From contig JBHGNT010000008.1 of assembly GCA_043228905.1 (NCBI GenBank), positions 9,486,001-9,550,000 of the forward strand: a stretch of 64,000 bases of DNA, given 5' to 3'. The notes beneath the pieces are model-generated. The model made no database searches. It was not told the origin of the DNA and saw nothing but the letters and a program-made list of their open reading frames with translations. Shown piece after piece: positions 25,601 through 38,846 of the stretch (its first letter is position 1; each line of letters begins with the position of its first letter). The translations under genes and the position numbers were made by a program. Origin of the DNA: Azolla caroliniana (Eukaryota; Plantae; Polypodiophyta).

Positions 25601-28600
25601 TTTTGGTTGAGCACCGAAATCGAGAGAGCAACGGACCTACGGAAGGTCCTTGAAGAGCGGATCCTCGATAGTAAAGTGAAGTTGTCGTTGCGGGAGGTGT
25701 TGGGAATCGCCAAGAGGGAGTTCCACGACTCCATCGTAGACTTGGTGAAGCGGAAGAGGCTCTCGACAGAGCCAGAACCGGAGAAGCCGGTGGAGGTGAG
25801 GACTACGCACTTACAAGACGCGGCCCTAGAAGACGAGTTGGCAGAAAGCCACTACGCAAAGCCTCATTGGGCCAGGGAAACTACGGAAACCCCTGTGCGG
25901 ATCGGCGACGTTCCGGAACCGGTGGTGGCCTTGGTAGACCATGGATCCGAAATCAACCTGATGTCCATGGATTTCTACAAGAAACTGTCAGGCCAGACGG
26001 ATCCGGAGGTTCATCGTGAACCACATCAACGACTGTGAGAAGGTGCTGCAGAAGCTCGAGAGTGCACGACTCACCTTCTCCGGAGAAAAAACGGCGTTCG
26101 GGCAGTCTGAGATCTTGGTGGTCGGACACCTGTGTAGGCCTTATAGTAGGAAACTGTCTCCGGCAAAGGTAGAGGCCATCTCCGCGATGAGGAATGATTG
26201 CGAGTCGGTTAGGGAGGTCCGTATATTCTTGGGTGCATGCGCGTTCTACCACATTTGGATCCCGCACTACGCACATGTCGTAGAACCCGTCTACGGACTA
26301 TTGAAAAAGGGGCGTAGCTTTAAGTGGAGGACGGAGCACACGGAGTCGGTCCGAAGACTAAAGGAGACGCTTACGGTAGCGCCAGCTCTCCGTAAAGCGG
26401 TTTACGGCAAGGGAGTCCCCATCTACGTGACAGTGGACACCAGCCCAACCGGGATCGGGTGGGTGATCAACCAGGAGGACAAGGACAGCGTACAGTTCCC
26501 GATCCGGTTCGGTGCAAAGGTATTGAGTGAGCGGCAGCGAGGATACGCCCAAGTCAAGCGCGAACTATGGGGTATCGTTTCGGCAATCAAGGCCGACGGG
26601 GACTACCTGATCGGGACGGAGGTAACAATCAAGATGGACTGCCTGCCGATACTCGGCATGGTTTCCGGATGCGCGACGCCGAACCTAGCAATGCTCCGGT
26701 GGATAGCGTACATTAAGTCCCTGAACCCGTAGATATGGCACATCTCCGGAAAGGATAACGCCATGGCCAACATGCTTTCGAGAGCGAGCTTCAACGACGA
26801 AGACGGCATGGTTTTGGATGACGAAGAGGTAGGCGAGGACTTCTTTGGGTCGGCTAACGTGACGACGAGGAAAGGGGACACTCCGGCGCATAACGAATTC
26901 GACGAAAGCAGGTACAACGGGGAGTGGCTCCAAATCGGGAGGTTCCTACATACGATGACGCCGGACGTAACGTGGACGAGAGAAGAGGCAAGCCGGGTAC
27001 AGAAGAAGGAGTACCGATTCTTCTTGTGGGACGGGTGCATATGGAGGCACCCAAAGAAAAGAAACGGCATCCCGCTCCAAGTAGTGGCAAAGAAAGAAGA
27101 ACAGGAAGAACTACTGGCGGCATTTCATAAGAGTCCCTGGGCCGGGCACCACGGAACGTGGGCCACATTCTAGAAGGTGAAGGAGAAGTACTGGTGGCCG
27201 GGGCTGTACTGGGACGTCCATCGGTTCGTAACGACTTGCGAAAGCTGTCAGATGCACTCCGTAGTCCGACATCGGGACCAGCTACACCCGACCTACCTGC
27301 CTACGGTCCCTTTCAAGTGGATGGTGGACTTGGTGACGATGCAGATGGGAGTAGGACAGATGCGATACCTGGTGCTTGCACGGGAAGACTTAACGAACCA
27401 GGTGGAAGGCCGTGCATTGTAGAACAAGACAACTGCGGCGGTATGCCGGTTCCTGATTGAAGAGGTAGGGTGTCGATACAGGTGCGTCGGGAAGATCGTG
27501 GTGGATCGGGGAGAGCTGGATGCACAGGAAGCTGAGGAGTTGTTCGACCGGCTAGGGGTCAAACTCTCCCTCACTACGGCGTACAACCCGGAGGCGAACG
27601 GGAAGATAGAACTTGGGCACGGGCCGGTCGTAAAGGCGTTGGTGCGTGCATGTGGAGGGCAGGTCGGGAATTGGCCGCGGCTCCTTCCTTACGCACTATG
27701 GGGGGACCGAACTATGCACAGTTCGGTGACAGGGTTTATGCTGGCAGAGCTGATGTATGGACAGAAGCCGATCATGGCAGTGGAATGGACAGTTTCTTCG
27801 TGGGCGGCGGTAGATTGGAAGGACGAGATGAGCCGGGAGGAGTTGCTGGCGGCGCGGATTCGGCAACTCGAGCGGAGGCCGGAGGACATGAAACGGGCGA
27901 AGGAAAAGTTGCGGGCGACAAGGGAGCGGAACAAGGCCCAGTTCAACCAGACGCACCGGTTGCGACCAAAGAAGGTCGAGGAAGGCGACTGGGTCTTCGT
28001 ATACGACAGCAGCCTCGACAATCAGCACAAGGCGGCGCAAAAGTTCGCTAGGAGATGGTTCAGGCCCTACACTGTGACGAGCGCGAACGACAACGGCACG
28101 TACCACCTCGCGGAATTCGACGGAACACGGTTAGCGGTACTGGTGGCCGGGAAGCGGATCAAAGAGTTCAAGAAGCAGTTCGAAGACGAGCTGGAGCCGG
28201 CGAGCGAGAGCGACGACGACGATCGGTTCGGGCCCGGCGAAGAATCGGAGATCGAGGAGTGAAGCCGGTTTTCTTCGGTATCTACCCGTCTCTGGCGCAT
28301 GCCGATGGATACGCGGTTTGGTGGGGGTGGATGTCGTGAAGAAAACCGGCCATAGGCGGAATCGGAGAAAAAGGGGCATGAACCGGCTCTTACATGGGTT
28401 GACACGAGAATTGATATTTTGTAAATAATTCACAATTAGGTCGGGGTATGTAAATACTAGGTAGTACACATTTATTAGGGGATTTTGGTGCGTATCTTTG
28501 TCGAAAGGGGATAGGGAATAAAGCGGTTTTGACTAGGGAAGAAGGGTCTCCCCTTTTTGTGAACTATTCAAGGAGAGGAAAGGGGGGGAAGAGTGGGCAT

Positions 28601-29036
28601 CGCACGTTAGGGAGGAGGAAGGGTTGCAGGACCAAGGTCGAGCTCTCTCTCCTCCTCGGATCGTCATTCTCTGTGGGTGTTGGGAGTTCGACGCCTCTGC
28701 TTCGTGGGTAGCCCGTGCGCTACTAGCAGAGGCTCTCCCTTCTACGCTTCTTTTTTTTAGGGGTCCAGTGTGTTTTGTCTGTGTGCGTGAGTAGGATCCC
28801 TGTGTCGGGTCCATCGCCACCTTGCCGGTTGTAATTGTTAGAGTTTGTAATCTCTTGATATTGTAATCGACTGTTACGGTATTTAAGTGTTCCGTTTCTT
28901 TCTCTTTCCTTCTCCCTTCTGCGTATCTGCAAATCTCTTCTCCTCTCCTCTTCTCTCTCTCCTTGTCTCTCGCTCCTCAGTTCAAGGCCCCCGTGGTCCC
29001 GCCTCTTTCTACACGCACGCGCATAACAACGCGACA
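22617..29036 (+). mobile_element. Gypsy element A (tRNA-Trp family), internally deleted, inserted in LTR B
   Basis: LTRs 22617-23317 and 28332-29036 (TGTCGTG...CGCGACA); TSD CCGG; truncated PBS TGAACCCGACGTGAA at 23418-23432; gag with a CMWCDAIGHIRKDC knuckle; protease ALVDHGSEINLM; RT core deleted at ~25985; RH and IN to 28262; PPT GTTTGGTGGGGGTGGA. Confidence 0.92.
24090..24818 (+). mobile_element. Solo LTR of Copia family C inserted in gag of element A
   Basis: TGTTAGG...TGACA, TSD GGCCG/GGACG, homologous to the LTRs of 57082-62460. Confidence 0.88.
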
Positions 29037-29602
29037 CCGGTTCCGTCGCCGTCTATTTGTTCTGGTTCCAGTTCCATCACCGTCCGGTGCCGGTGTCAGT
29101 TCTGGCTCCGACGCCGTCTGGTTTCAGTTCCGACTCCGTCATCGTCGTCGTTCGGTTCCGGGACCTCCAAAACCATTACGAGTAGTTAAGCTACAGTTTA
29201 GCCCAAGAACATTTTGTGCACCGTACATAGACAAAAAGTAATAACTTCTGGCTCTGCTTATATACAGTGGAAGCCTGACTTGTCCTATCTATGTGGGATA
29301 TCTCACAGTTTTGTTTTGCTCTTCAAACTTCACACTCACATAACTTGACACTAATTTGTCCATTTCACATGTAGTAAAATGCATTCGGAAGCTCTTGAAG
29401 ACATCCATCTTTTCGTACCAAGATATAAAATAATATCTTCATTATTATTGTTCTATATTGTGTGTGAAGAAACACACTCGCTTTTGTACATTCCATGCAA
29501 TTTTCACATTGTTGGCAAAAATCTCTATGACATCCACCCCCACCAAACCGCACGTCCTCCGGTACGTGCCAAGAAGAGAGTGTCAAATTTCGGGTACGGT
29601 GA

Positions 29603-32200
29603 TCAATCAGATTCCTCCACGTCCTCGTGTACATAATTCAAATTTGTAGGTTCTGTCCTACCATCTTCATCGTCGAGGTGATCGAGGTCAGGATCCTCGT
29701 CTTGTCTTTTCTTGAAAATCTTTACTCTTTTTCCCGCAATGGGTATGGCCAACCTTGATCCATCTAGCTCCGCAAGGTGGTATGTGGCATTGTCGTTGGC
29801 ACTTGTCACTACATACAGTCCGAACCATCTTCTTTTGAACTTCCTTGTTGTATTGTGTTGATTGTCAAGGTTGTTGTCGTAGACCAATACCCAATCTCCT
29901 TCTTCTATCTTCTTGGGACATAGTCGATGCGTCTTGTCGAACCAAATTTTGTTCTTCACTCAGGCTGCCTCCATCATCTTTCGCGCTTTTTCTAGATCTT
30001 CAGGTCTCCTTTCAAGTTTCCTTATCCGTGCCGCTAATAATTCTCTCGGCTTATCTCGTTCTCCCATGCTATCATTACCCATGAGGCGATCGTCCTTTCG
30101 ATGGGAATTACTGGCTTTTGTCCATACATAAGGTCCGTCGTCATATACCCTATCACCGAGTTGTGTGTTGTTCTGTCGGCCCACAAGGCATAGGGTAATA
30201 GTCGTGGCCAATTCCTGACTCGAACGTTGCATGCTCGTACGATGGCTTTGACGATAGGTCCATGCCCTCGCTCGATCTTCCCATTCGCTTCCGGATTGTA
30301 GGCAGTCGTGAGGGAGAGCTTCACGCCTAGTCATTCGAAGAGTTTCGTCGATTCGTGCGCATCCAACTCCCCTCGATCGGCCACTATCTTCCCCACACAT
30401 CCATATCGGCAAACAACCTCTTCGAGTAGAAATTTGCAAACTGTCAAGTCTTCTCTTGCTAGAGCTAAGTGCTTCATTTGTCCCACTTCCATTGGCATCG
30501 AGACCAGATCCACCATCCATTTGAAGTGTATGGTGAGTGGGTATATCGGCCGTAGCTCATCACGATGATGTATATACGAATGTACTTGGAAAATTTCACA
30601 TGTGGACACGAAATGGAGTACATCTTTGTACATTCTTGGCCACTAGTACTTCTTCTTCAACTTTTCTAATGTCGCCCATGTTCCTCTATAACCTGCCCAA
30701 GGACTCTCGTGGAATTCGATCATCAACGTCACTTGCTCTTCTTTCTTTACCACCACTTGATGTGGCATTCTTGTCCTTCTTTTTGGGTGTCGCCAAAGGA
30801 ATCCTCCCCTCAAGCAGTATTGGTAAGCTTTCTTCCGGATTCGTAGAGCCTCCTCCTTCGTCAATGAAGCATTCTCCTTCGTACTCATCCTCGTTGAAGG
30901 CATGAAGGGTTAGCATGCGCTTGTCTTCTGCTAATAGTCGAGCCATCTTGAAGAAGTCGAGGATGACGTCTTCATCTTCCGAAACCATGTCACCTTCATT
31001 GTCAAATCTTGCCCTCAACAGCATGTCAGCCATGGTGTTCTTCTTCCCTACAATATGGCGGATCTCTAGGCTTAAAGACTTGATATAGGCGATCCACCTT
31101 AGCATAGCTAGATCTGGGGTCACACATCCTGAGATCATCCTAAGGATTGGGACACAATCTATCTCAATTATCACTTCTGACCCGATTAGATAGTCTTTGT
31201 CTGTCTTCACTAGTGACACAATACCCCAAAGTTCTCGCTTGACTTGGGCATATCCTCGTTGTCGTTCGTTGAGAACCTTTCCTCCGAACCGGATGGCATA
31301 CCGCGCATTATCTTCTCCTTCTTGGTTAATGACCCACCCGATTCCGGTTGGGCTTGTATCTATAGTCACATAAATTGGCTTCCCTTCGATATAGTTGGCC
31401 TTCCTTAGTGTTGGAGCTTCAAGAAGTAGTTTCTTCAATCTTCGCATTGCGTTTGTGTGCTTGTCTCGCCATTCGAACTTCATTCTTTTCTTTAGCAATC
31501 CATATAAAGGCTCGGCGATATAAGCGTAGTGTAGAATCCGGATATGATAAAACGCGAATGCTCCAAGGAACCTTCGAACCTCTGTTTGGTTTACGCATTC
31601 TTCTTTCATATCCTGGATCACGTTCACCTTGGATGGCGAAGGCTTCCAGCCGTATGCTCCGCACAAGTGACCTACAACCAAGATCTCTAGTTGCCTGAAT
31701 GCGGATATTTCTCCCAAAAATGTCAAATTCGCATCTTTGAGCCTTTGGAGCACCTTCTCACAATCTTTCATATGATCTGTGACGAACTTCCTAAACCCTT
31801 CCTTATCTTTTGATTCATCTTTCTCCTCATCCGAACATCCTTTTATCAGAATATCATCCAAGAATGGTATCGTGATGTCCAGGATGCAATCCTTCAAGAC
31901 CTTGTTCATGGCATTCACCATATGAGCCACCGAGTTCGTTGCACCTTGAGGCATGGTACACATCCACACGAGCTTGATCGGAGTTCTCATGGTTATAATG
32001 TCACGACTGTTGATCGCCAACTGGAATTGCTCATATCCGGAGTAGAGATCACCAATGGAGTAGATGGAATGGCCCGTAAACGCTTCGGCAAATTCATCCA
32101 CACTCGTATCGATTCCAGCATTCTGAATTGTCACCTTGTTGATGGGTTGAAGATCTTGGATGAATCGCAATCATCCATTCTTCTTCGGCACTGTGAACCA
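29603..32200 (-). pseudogene. RT-RNaseH-integrase of element B
   Basis: ORF 30686..32170 (RFIQDLQPINKV, DLYSGYEQF, MPQGATNSV, PFLDD, IDTSPTGIG), with integrase pieces 30331..30633, 30034..30324 and 29603..29959. Confidence 0.9.
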
Positions 32201-32231
32201 CCTTAGTTCTTCGATGATGTCATCATCAATC

Positions 32232-32965
32232 TGTTGGGAGACAGGTCCCTCCGGATGGAAACGGTATGAGGAGTACACGGCTACGGAGAGCCGGATGATA
32301 CAGGCCCGGTGTGAACCGGATGAGTAGTACCCGGCTACGGAGAGCCGGATGATACAGGCCCGGTGTGAACCGGATGAGGAGTACCCGGCTACGGAGAGCC
32401 GGATGATACAAGCCCGGTGTGAACCGGATGAGTAGTACCCGGCTACGGAGAGCCAGATGGTGCAGGCCCGGTGTGAACCGGATGAGGAGTACCCGGCTAC
32501 GGAGAGCCGGATGGTGCAGAACCGAAAGAAGAGACATATTCGTAAATATGTTTCTGAGAGCCCATCGAGGCTATATTTGTAAATAGCCGAAAAGTCATAT
32601 TAGTATAAATATGACTTAGGGCAAACCTTTTGTCGTTGTTGTCCTTTTCTTAGGGCAACAGTGTACAGAGAGAGACAGAAAGAGAAAGAGGTCGTTGCCT
32701 CTGTTGTAACCGCCGCCTGTGGCGAAGATCGTGAGCACGAGGTCGTTGCCTTTGTGAACTCACTGTTTTGTACATTCTTACATAGTGATAGTTTGCAGCC
32801 TGTGGGCTACCGTGGTTTTTCCCTCTTTGGGTTTTTCCACGTAAACATTCTGTGTACCCTTTTTCCCTCCTTTGTGTCACGTGTTTTCGTTTCCTGTTTC
32901 CTGTGTATGAAAAGAAGCTCGGTTGTGGCCGAGCGTTGTGTATAAGGAGCGTTGAGTTCCCGTCA
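32232..32965 (+). mobile_element. Solo LTR of Copia family C with ~51-bp tandem repeats
   Basis: TGTTGGG...CGTCA, perfect TSD CAATC (32227-32231, 32966-32970), about five repeat units at 32265-32520. Confidence 0.9.
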
Positions 32966-35223
32966 CAATCTTCTTTTCTTCCGGACTGCTTCGTTTTGGC
33001 GGCTCAGCTACTTTTACTTGTCTTGTTTTCTCCGCGACAATCGATCCTGCCAAGTCGGTGTCATCAACCCACTGACGACGCTTGTTGAACCTATTGCACG
33101 CCTGCTTCACCGCAATCCAGTCTGCCACAAGCCCGTTTGCTTGGGTATCATTTTCAAGAAGATTCCCCAATTCTCGTCTATCCTTCATGTCCACAGCTTT
33201 CAAGAAGTACAATGTCTTGTCCTCCTCAAGCAGCACTTGGTCTGTGGCGGGGAGACAACGAAACATTTGGTCGAACTCGTCGTACACCCTCGAAGCGCTC
33301 ATCCTCTTATTCTTCTTTTCTATCCACTTCATCAAGGCATGTCGAGTCATCCTCGACAAATTTTCTCTTCGCGAACTCTGCTAATATCGCTCTCTCGAAC
33401 TCCGACCACGTTGTCTTCCCTTCTTGAAGCTCGATGACGTGCCTTTGGATGTTGTTGGTGACCATTCTCTTCAAACTTGTGATTTGACATGCTTCAGACA
33501 CGTCCCTCTGATTCAATTCCCTTTTGTATGCATCAAGGAACTTCGTAATGTTCCTTCTGTCAAATTGACCCTCGAGCTCTATGACACGGTCGATGGCCTT
33601 CTCCACACTCGCATCGTTGTCTCGAGATCTCATCATTTGTTCGACAATTAGCATCATCCTTTTGAACTCTCCCGCTTGATTGCTTGAGGACGCCATCTCC
33701 AAGTATCGGTCGATCCTTGACTTGATCCTTCCTACCGCCTCTTTCACGTCGGGTTCACCACTTAATTATGTCGTGAAGATCCGTCACTACGTGTGGATCG
33801 TGAGGCAGTATCACCAGGGTTCTGAACCGGAAGGATTCAAAGTTTGCACTAGCTTTAGCGAGAAAGTATTTAAGATAGATTGAAAGAGAGAGAGATTGAG
33901 ATAAGATAGAACGCTTGACTTTGTATTGAGAGACAAGATTAAAACATCCCCAAATGGGATAACGAATTTTCTTACTTTTAAATTCTTGATTCATACATCG
34001 CCCCCTTTGATCTTTTTCATCCACACTTTTATAGATGCTCCCATGCATATGATGCATGTGAGGGTACAAGACATGCATACAATGCATGTGATGCATGTTT
34101 GCCATTTGGCACTCATGCATTACATGTGATGCATGATAACTATGTCACTCAATCAAGCTCTAGCATGAGAGTTTACATGTGAAAGTATAATGATAGTACA
34201 AACATTTCTAAAGAAATGACTTGGCTTAGTGGTAAGTTCATTGCCTCCTATCTTGGAGGTGCAAGGTTCAAGCCTTGCTTGCATCCCTTTGATTACAAAT
34301 TTCTAATAGGATTTTTAGTCTAGATGATTTTGTTCATTTTACACCGAAATCGTCGAGATCAACCTATCCGATCGATCCGTCTATTTGTCTATTCGGTCTG
34401 CTTCCGACCCGGTGATCCGGTCTATATTCGTTCCAGTTCCGGTGTCGGTTCCAGTTCTGTCGCCGTCCATCCGCTCCGATTCCGGTTCCATCGTCATCCG
34501 GTGCCAGTGTTGGTTCCGTCGCCGTCTGGTTTTAGTTCCGGCTCCGTCGTCGTTGGCGTCTGGTTCCGGGTCCTCCAAAATCATTACGAGTAGTTAAGCC
34601 ACAGTTTAGCCCAAGAACATTCTGTGCACCGCACATAAACAAAAAGTAATAACTTTTGGCTCTGCTTATATTGTTACCCGTTCCTTTGGGTGAACACCTT
34701 CGATAGATCTGCGTCTATCAGTCTTCAAGGGCGTGGTACGTGAAGGCTCGTAACAGAGGTGTCGAGAGAGATAGAGGGCTCAAAGAGAAAACACTAGCGA
34801 GGTTTTGATAGACGTGGCGGCGTGAAACTCATAGGTATGGATCAAAGCACAGACTCATGCACCAAAATAGGCACAATTAAGATATATTACTATGGCAGAA
34901 AAGATGATAGAACACGGCCTATGGCCGGTGACGTTACGAGTTTATCTAATTACGAATGACTAAGCTAGTGCTTCCGCCTATAGTTTTTCTTCTCTCCCTC
35001 TGAGGTACTGCTCCTCTTTTAAATAACTTTTCCCCTAACACACAGCCGAGCCATCGGTGGCCCATGATACTCGGACTCGGCGTTTGCTAATTTCCTAATT
35101 TTACATTTCTGTCCTCTGGACAACACCTGGCACGCCCGTGGGACAGGACCTTGTCCGTCGGACCCACGACTTACAAAATACTAACAATATTACAAAAATT
35201 GCCTTTTAGGCGTGATCCTCGTT

Positions 35224-38200
35224 TCATTCCTCCTTTAAGATGTCGAGGATGCTTTCGAGGTCCGGGGTGGTGGCAGGGTGGTCTGGTTGGACTGTCGGTG
35301 CGGGGGGTTGAGTTTGGTCCGGGGGTGGCATATTTTCTCGAGCGTCCGCCTCGGGTGCGGCCGATTCTTCTGGTGGGGGTGTGGGTTCGTGGGCGCTGAC
35401 CTCTCCTTCGACAAGCTCTGGTACCATGTGGGCGTCCATGGGATGTCTGTTGGCCTGAGCAAGTTCCTCTTGTGCTGTGTCCGTGATCTCCTTGCTAGGA
35501 GGTTCTTCTTTCTGCTGTGTGGCCGTTGGAGGGTTGGTGGGGATGGCTGCGAGTCGTTCTTGTTCGAAGGCTTCTGCTTCCAGGCGAAACAGATCTGACC
35601 GTCATTGAAGTCCTCCATTATTTGCTCGATTGCCGCGGTGTGAAATTTTGCCAAGGACTGGTAATCCTCGGTTAAATCTGCATGCAGGTTTTGAATGTTG
35701 GCTTCGTCCATTTTGTAGAAGCTGCGGCCCTCCTTCCGTCGGTTCTCGGCGTCGGCGCGTAAAATATGCAATTCGGCAGCTTGGGCTGCCCATTCATCTC
35801 CTGCGTGACTTAATGTTTCCTCGACCTTTTTGGTAAGGTGTTGGCTCTGTTTCTCGATCAGTATTCGGATGCGTGTCTCATCCATGCCGGGCTGTGCTTG
35901 GATGGCTGCTAATTCCTGTTTTAAGCCGTCGACCTCGGCCTGAATCTTCTGTGTCCTTAGCTCATAGATGGCCTAATTGTTCTTTGCATCCGCGGTTACG
36001 AGCTGGAGAGCCTGCTCGTAACGCTTGGTGAGTTCTTCGGTGGCCTACTCCCACTCTTTCTGACACGTGGCCCGGATTTGTTCCCGTTCGACGATTCTCT
36101 CTTCTTGAAGGGCGAAGTAGGAATCCGATAAGGTGTCTTTTTGCTTTGAAAGTAGCTTGCATTTGATGAAAAACTCGTCAACCATCTCTTTAAGGGTTGT
36201 ACGTTGACTCTGCAGCTCGGCATTCTCCGCGTTCATCCTCTCCTCCCGTTGGCGATTTCTTTCCTCCTGCCGCTGGTTCCAGTCTTTTGCATTGTCGAGC
36301 GCGGCCTGTAGGTCTAGAATCTCCTTCTCTTTCTTCACCACTGTGGCTGCGTATTCCTCCAGCTTGCTTTTGAGTTCGGCTTCCTTGGCCGCGGCTTGCG
36401 CTTGTACCCGGCCCAGTGCTTCGTTCTGCTCGTGTATCCTTTGGTCGGCCTGGGCTCTTATCTCGGCCATCTGCTTGGAAGCTTCTTCTTTTAGGCGAGC
36501 CATCGCCTCCTGATGCCGTTGTTCGTGTCTCTCGGTTCGCCGTTCTTCTTTAAGCTCCGCACGGTAATCCCGGAGCGGGGGTTCTGTCTGGGTTGCCACC
36601 TCCTTGGGTGCACGAGGTGGGGGTAGTTCGGTCTGCTCCATGGGCGTGGCCACCTCGGTTGTTGTGCAGGCATCGACCATTTGTAATGAGTCCGTTTGTG
36701 TACTGGCCTGCACCTTCAGGATTGAGTCGGTGATGGTGCTTTCATCCATCATTGTAATGCGTGGAGGCTCTGGGACGGCCTCGGTGGTCGTTACCGGAAG
36801 GCTCGGGAGTTGTTGTTCCGGCCGGTTTTGCTCCCAGGCTGCCAGCTTTTGGTTCGCAGCGTGCCATAGTTCTATAGCCATCTTCGCCTGTTTTTGGGCT
36901 ATTTTTATCTTTCGGGCCATGTCTTTGGCTGCCCGCGTAGTGCGATCCAGGTCCCAATATGCCTCGATAAGGGCCGTGTTCAACTCGGGGACCTCCATGA
37001 GGAGAGCGGCCTGTTTTGCCTGCTTCTTCCTCCTGATTTTTTGTAAAGCCCTATCCTCCTAGGGCTCAATTTCACCTATTAGCGCGCATTGAATCATTTT
37101 TGTTTCGGCGTGCTCTTCCGCCATTCGAGCGGCTGCCGCGACTTGGGCTCTGGCGAGGAAGTCGACCAACTCGAATGTCGTACCGAGGCGTAGGAGCACA
37201 CTAAATTCGTAAGCCTCTGCGGGGAGGTCCTTATACCCGAGGACTTCATCCTCCGAGATCTGTGTTGTCTGCCCATGCTCGATCGTTCCCTGGTTCAGCA
37301 ATGCCTCCGCAGGGGTGATGGCCACGTTGCTCTGTCTGACCACTAAGGCTTGCTCCTGTTGTGGCTCCTTCTGTTCTTCTGAGGACTCGCGATTGAGTCG
37401 TCTTCTCTTGCTTGGCTGTGTTTGGGGTTCCGGGGCCGGTAGTGTCGTTTCCTCCGCCTGCTTCCTTTTCTAGGGTCGTGGTGGTGTAGCCTTCTGTGTG
37501 TTGGAGCGTGGGCTAGGTCCTGGGGACGTTACCGAGGGGCGCGACGTTGGTTGTCGAATGGTGACGTCATCGGCCGTGTTGTATTCCGCGGCTACCTCCT
37601 CCTCCCATTCTTGGCAGGTCTCGGAAACTACCCTTTTTTGTTGGGGTTGGGCGGGAGGTGGTGCAGATGCAGTTTTTTGGTCGGCGGCAGGGGGTGAAGG
37701 CGATGTGGGCTCCTCCCATGCTTCGTGGCTGATCGCCACGAATTTCTCTCTCTGCCTTCGTGGTGGTGGTGGGGACGTGAGTGTGCGAGGGGAAGGAAGC
37801 GAAGAGGGTGGGTATAGAACCATCAAAAAGTGGGTAAGAACAGACAACATCTTCTTACCGGACTGAAATGAAGCTAAGGCGGCGGGGAGTCCCTCGCCTG
37901 TGATGATTCCCCAATCGATTCTGTTTCCTTCATACGCACTGCTGATGATGGCTGCATTGTTCTGCGGCATGCTCGTTGGGTTCGTATGCACGAACGCATA
38001 CTCCATCAATATACGAGCAATCTCCCCGAAAGCTTTGTTGGGACCACCATACGTGCGATATGCCTTCCCTGTGGCTGAGTACTCACCGAAGTACGCCTTC
38101 ATCTTTGATGCCGGGGGTATGTCGACCTCATGGTCCCCTCCCCGTTGCAGGTCCAAAACAGCCCGAAGCACGTTGTTGGTGATGGCTTTGGGACTTATAC

Positions 38201-38314
38201 GTTTAGCCACAGTTTGAGCATCTGGGTGCGCGGGGGCATCGATGATCTTCAGGTAACCGCCCATTCCTCGTTCCTGGAGCCAGGTGCTGGTTTCTATTGA
38301 GGCGGTAAGAGGCA
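35224..38314 (-). pseudogene. Extra ~1000-codon 3' ORF: globular N-terminal domain, Pro-rich linker, long coiled coil, acidic tail
   Basis: ORFs 37470..38615, 37059..37343, 36045..36998 and 35235..35885 share one frame and are separated by in-frame stops. 35224..35439 is the likely frameshifted C-terminus. The likely start is MPLTASIETS. Confidence 0.75.
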
Positions 38315-38846
38315 TGGTGGAGATGGAGGCTGGGTTTGACTGTGTGGAAGCGTGAAGCAAAGTGATGAGGCGAGGGCGAGCCACAAGAGGAACAGCAGGA
38401 AGGGGAAGTCCAGCAGAGAGGTTATGAGAGCGAAAGAGGGCTTGAGAGCAAGAGCGCTTAGCGTGATGAGGGCAAGATGGGGTTTTTGATCTTGAGAGCA
38501 ATGGAGATGGGGAGCGATAATGGTCTGTGCTGCGTTTTGGAAACGGTTTTAGTAACTTATTCCTAGGGTTTTGTGCCTGAAGCGAATCCTGAAGATTCTG
38601 AGTCGTGGGTGCCATAATAAGTGACTAGCACCACGTGTCCTGAAGGTGAGTGGGGTGCTTCTAGTGCTTTGCATGTGGTTTGCATGTGTGAACAGCTTAA
38701 ATAGGTACTAACTGAGTGGTGACGAGGGGTGCTCCGAAAATTGTGGGTGCCTAGGTGGGTGGTGTAGGTGTAGCTAATCAGTGGCTAGACTATGGTTAAT
38801 CCTACCTACTACTACTTTTATTAATTTCAAGAAGGTGGGTGAGTCC

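Noticed and set aside
32265-32520. Regularly spaced repeats that could suggest a CRISPR array (also 57170-57390, 61775-61995)
   Set aside because: The units are head-to-tail with no unique spacers, there are no cas genes, and they lie inside Copia LTRs.
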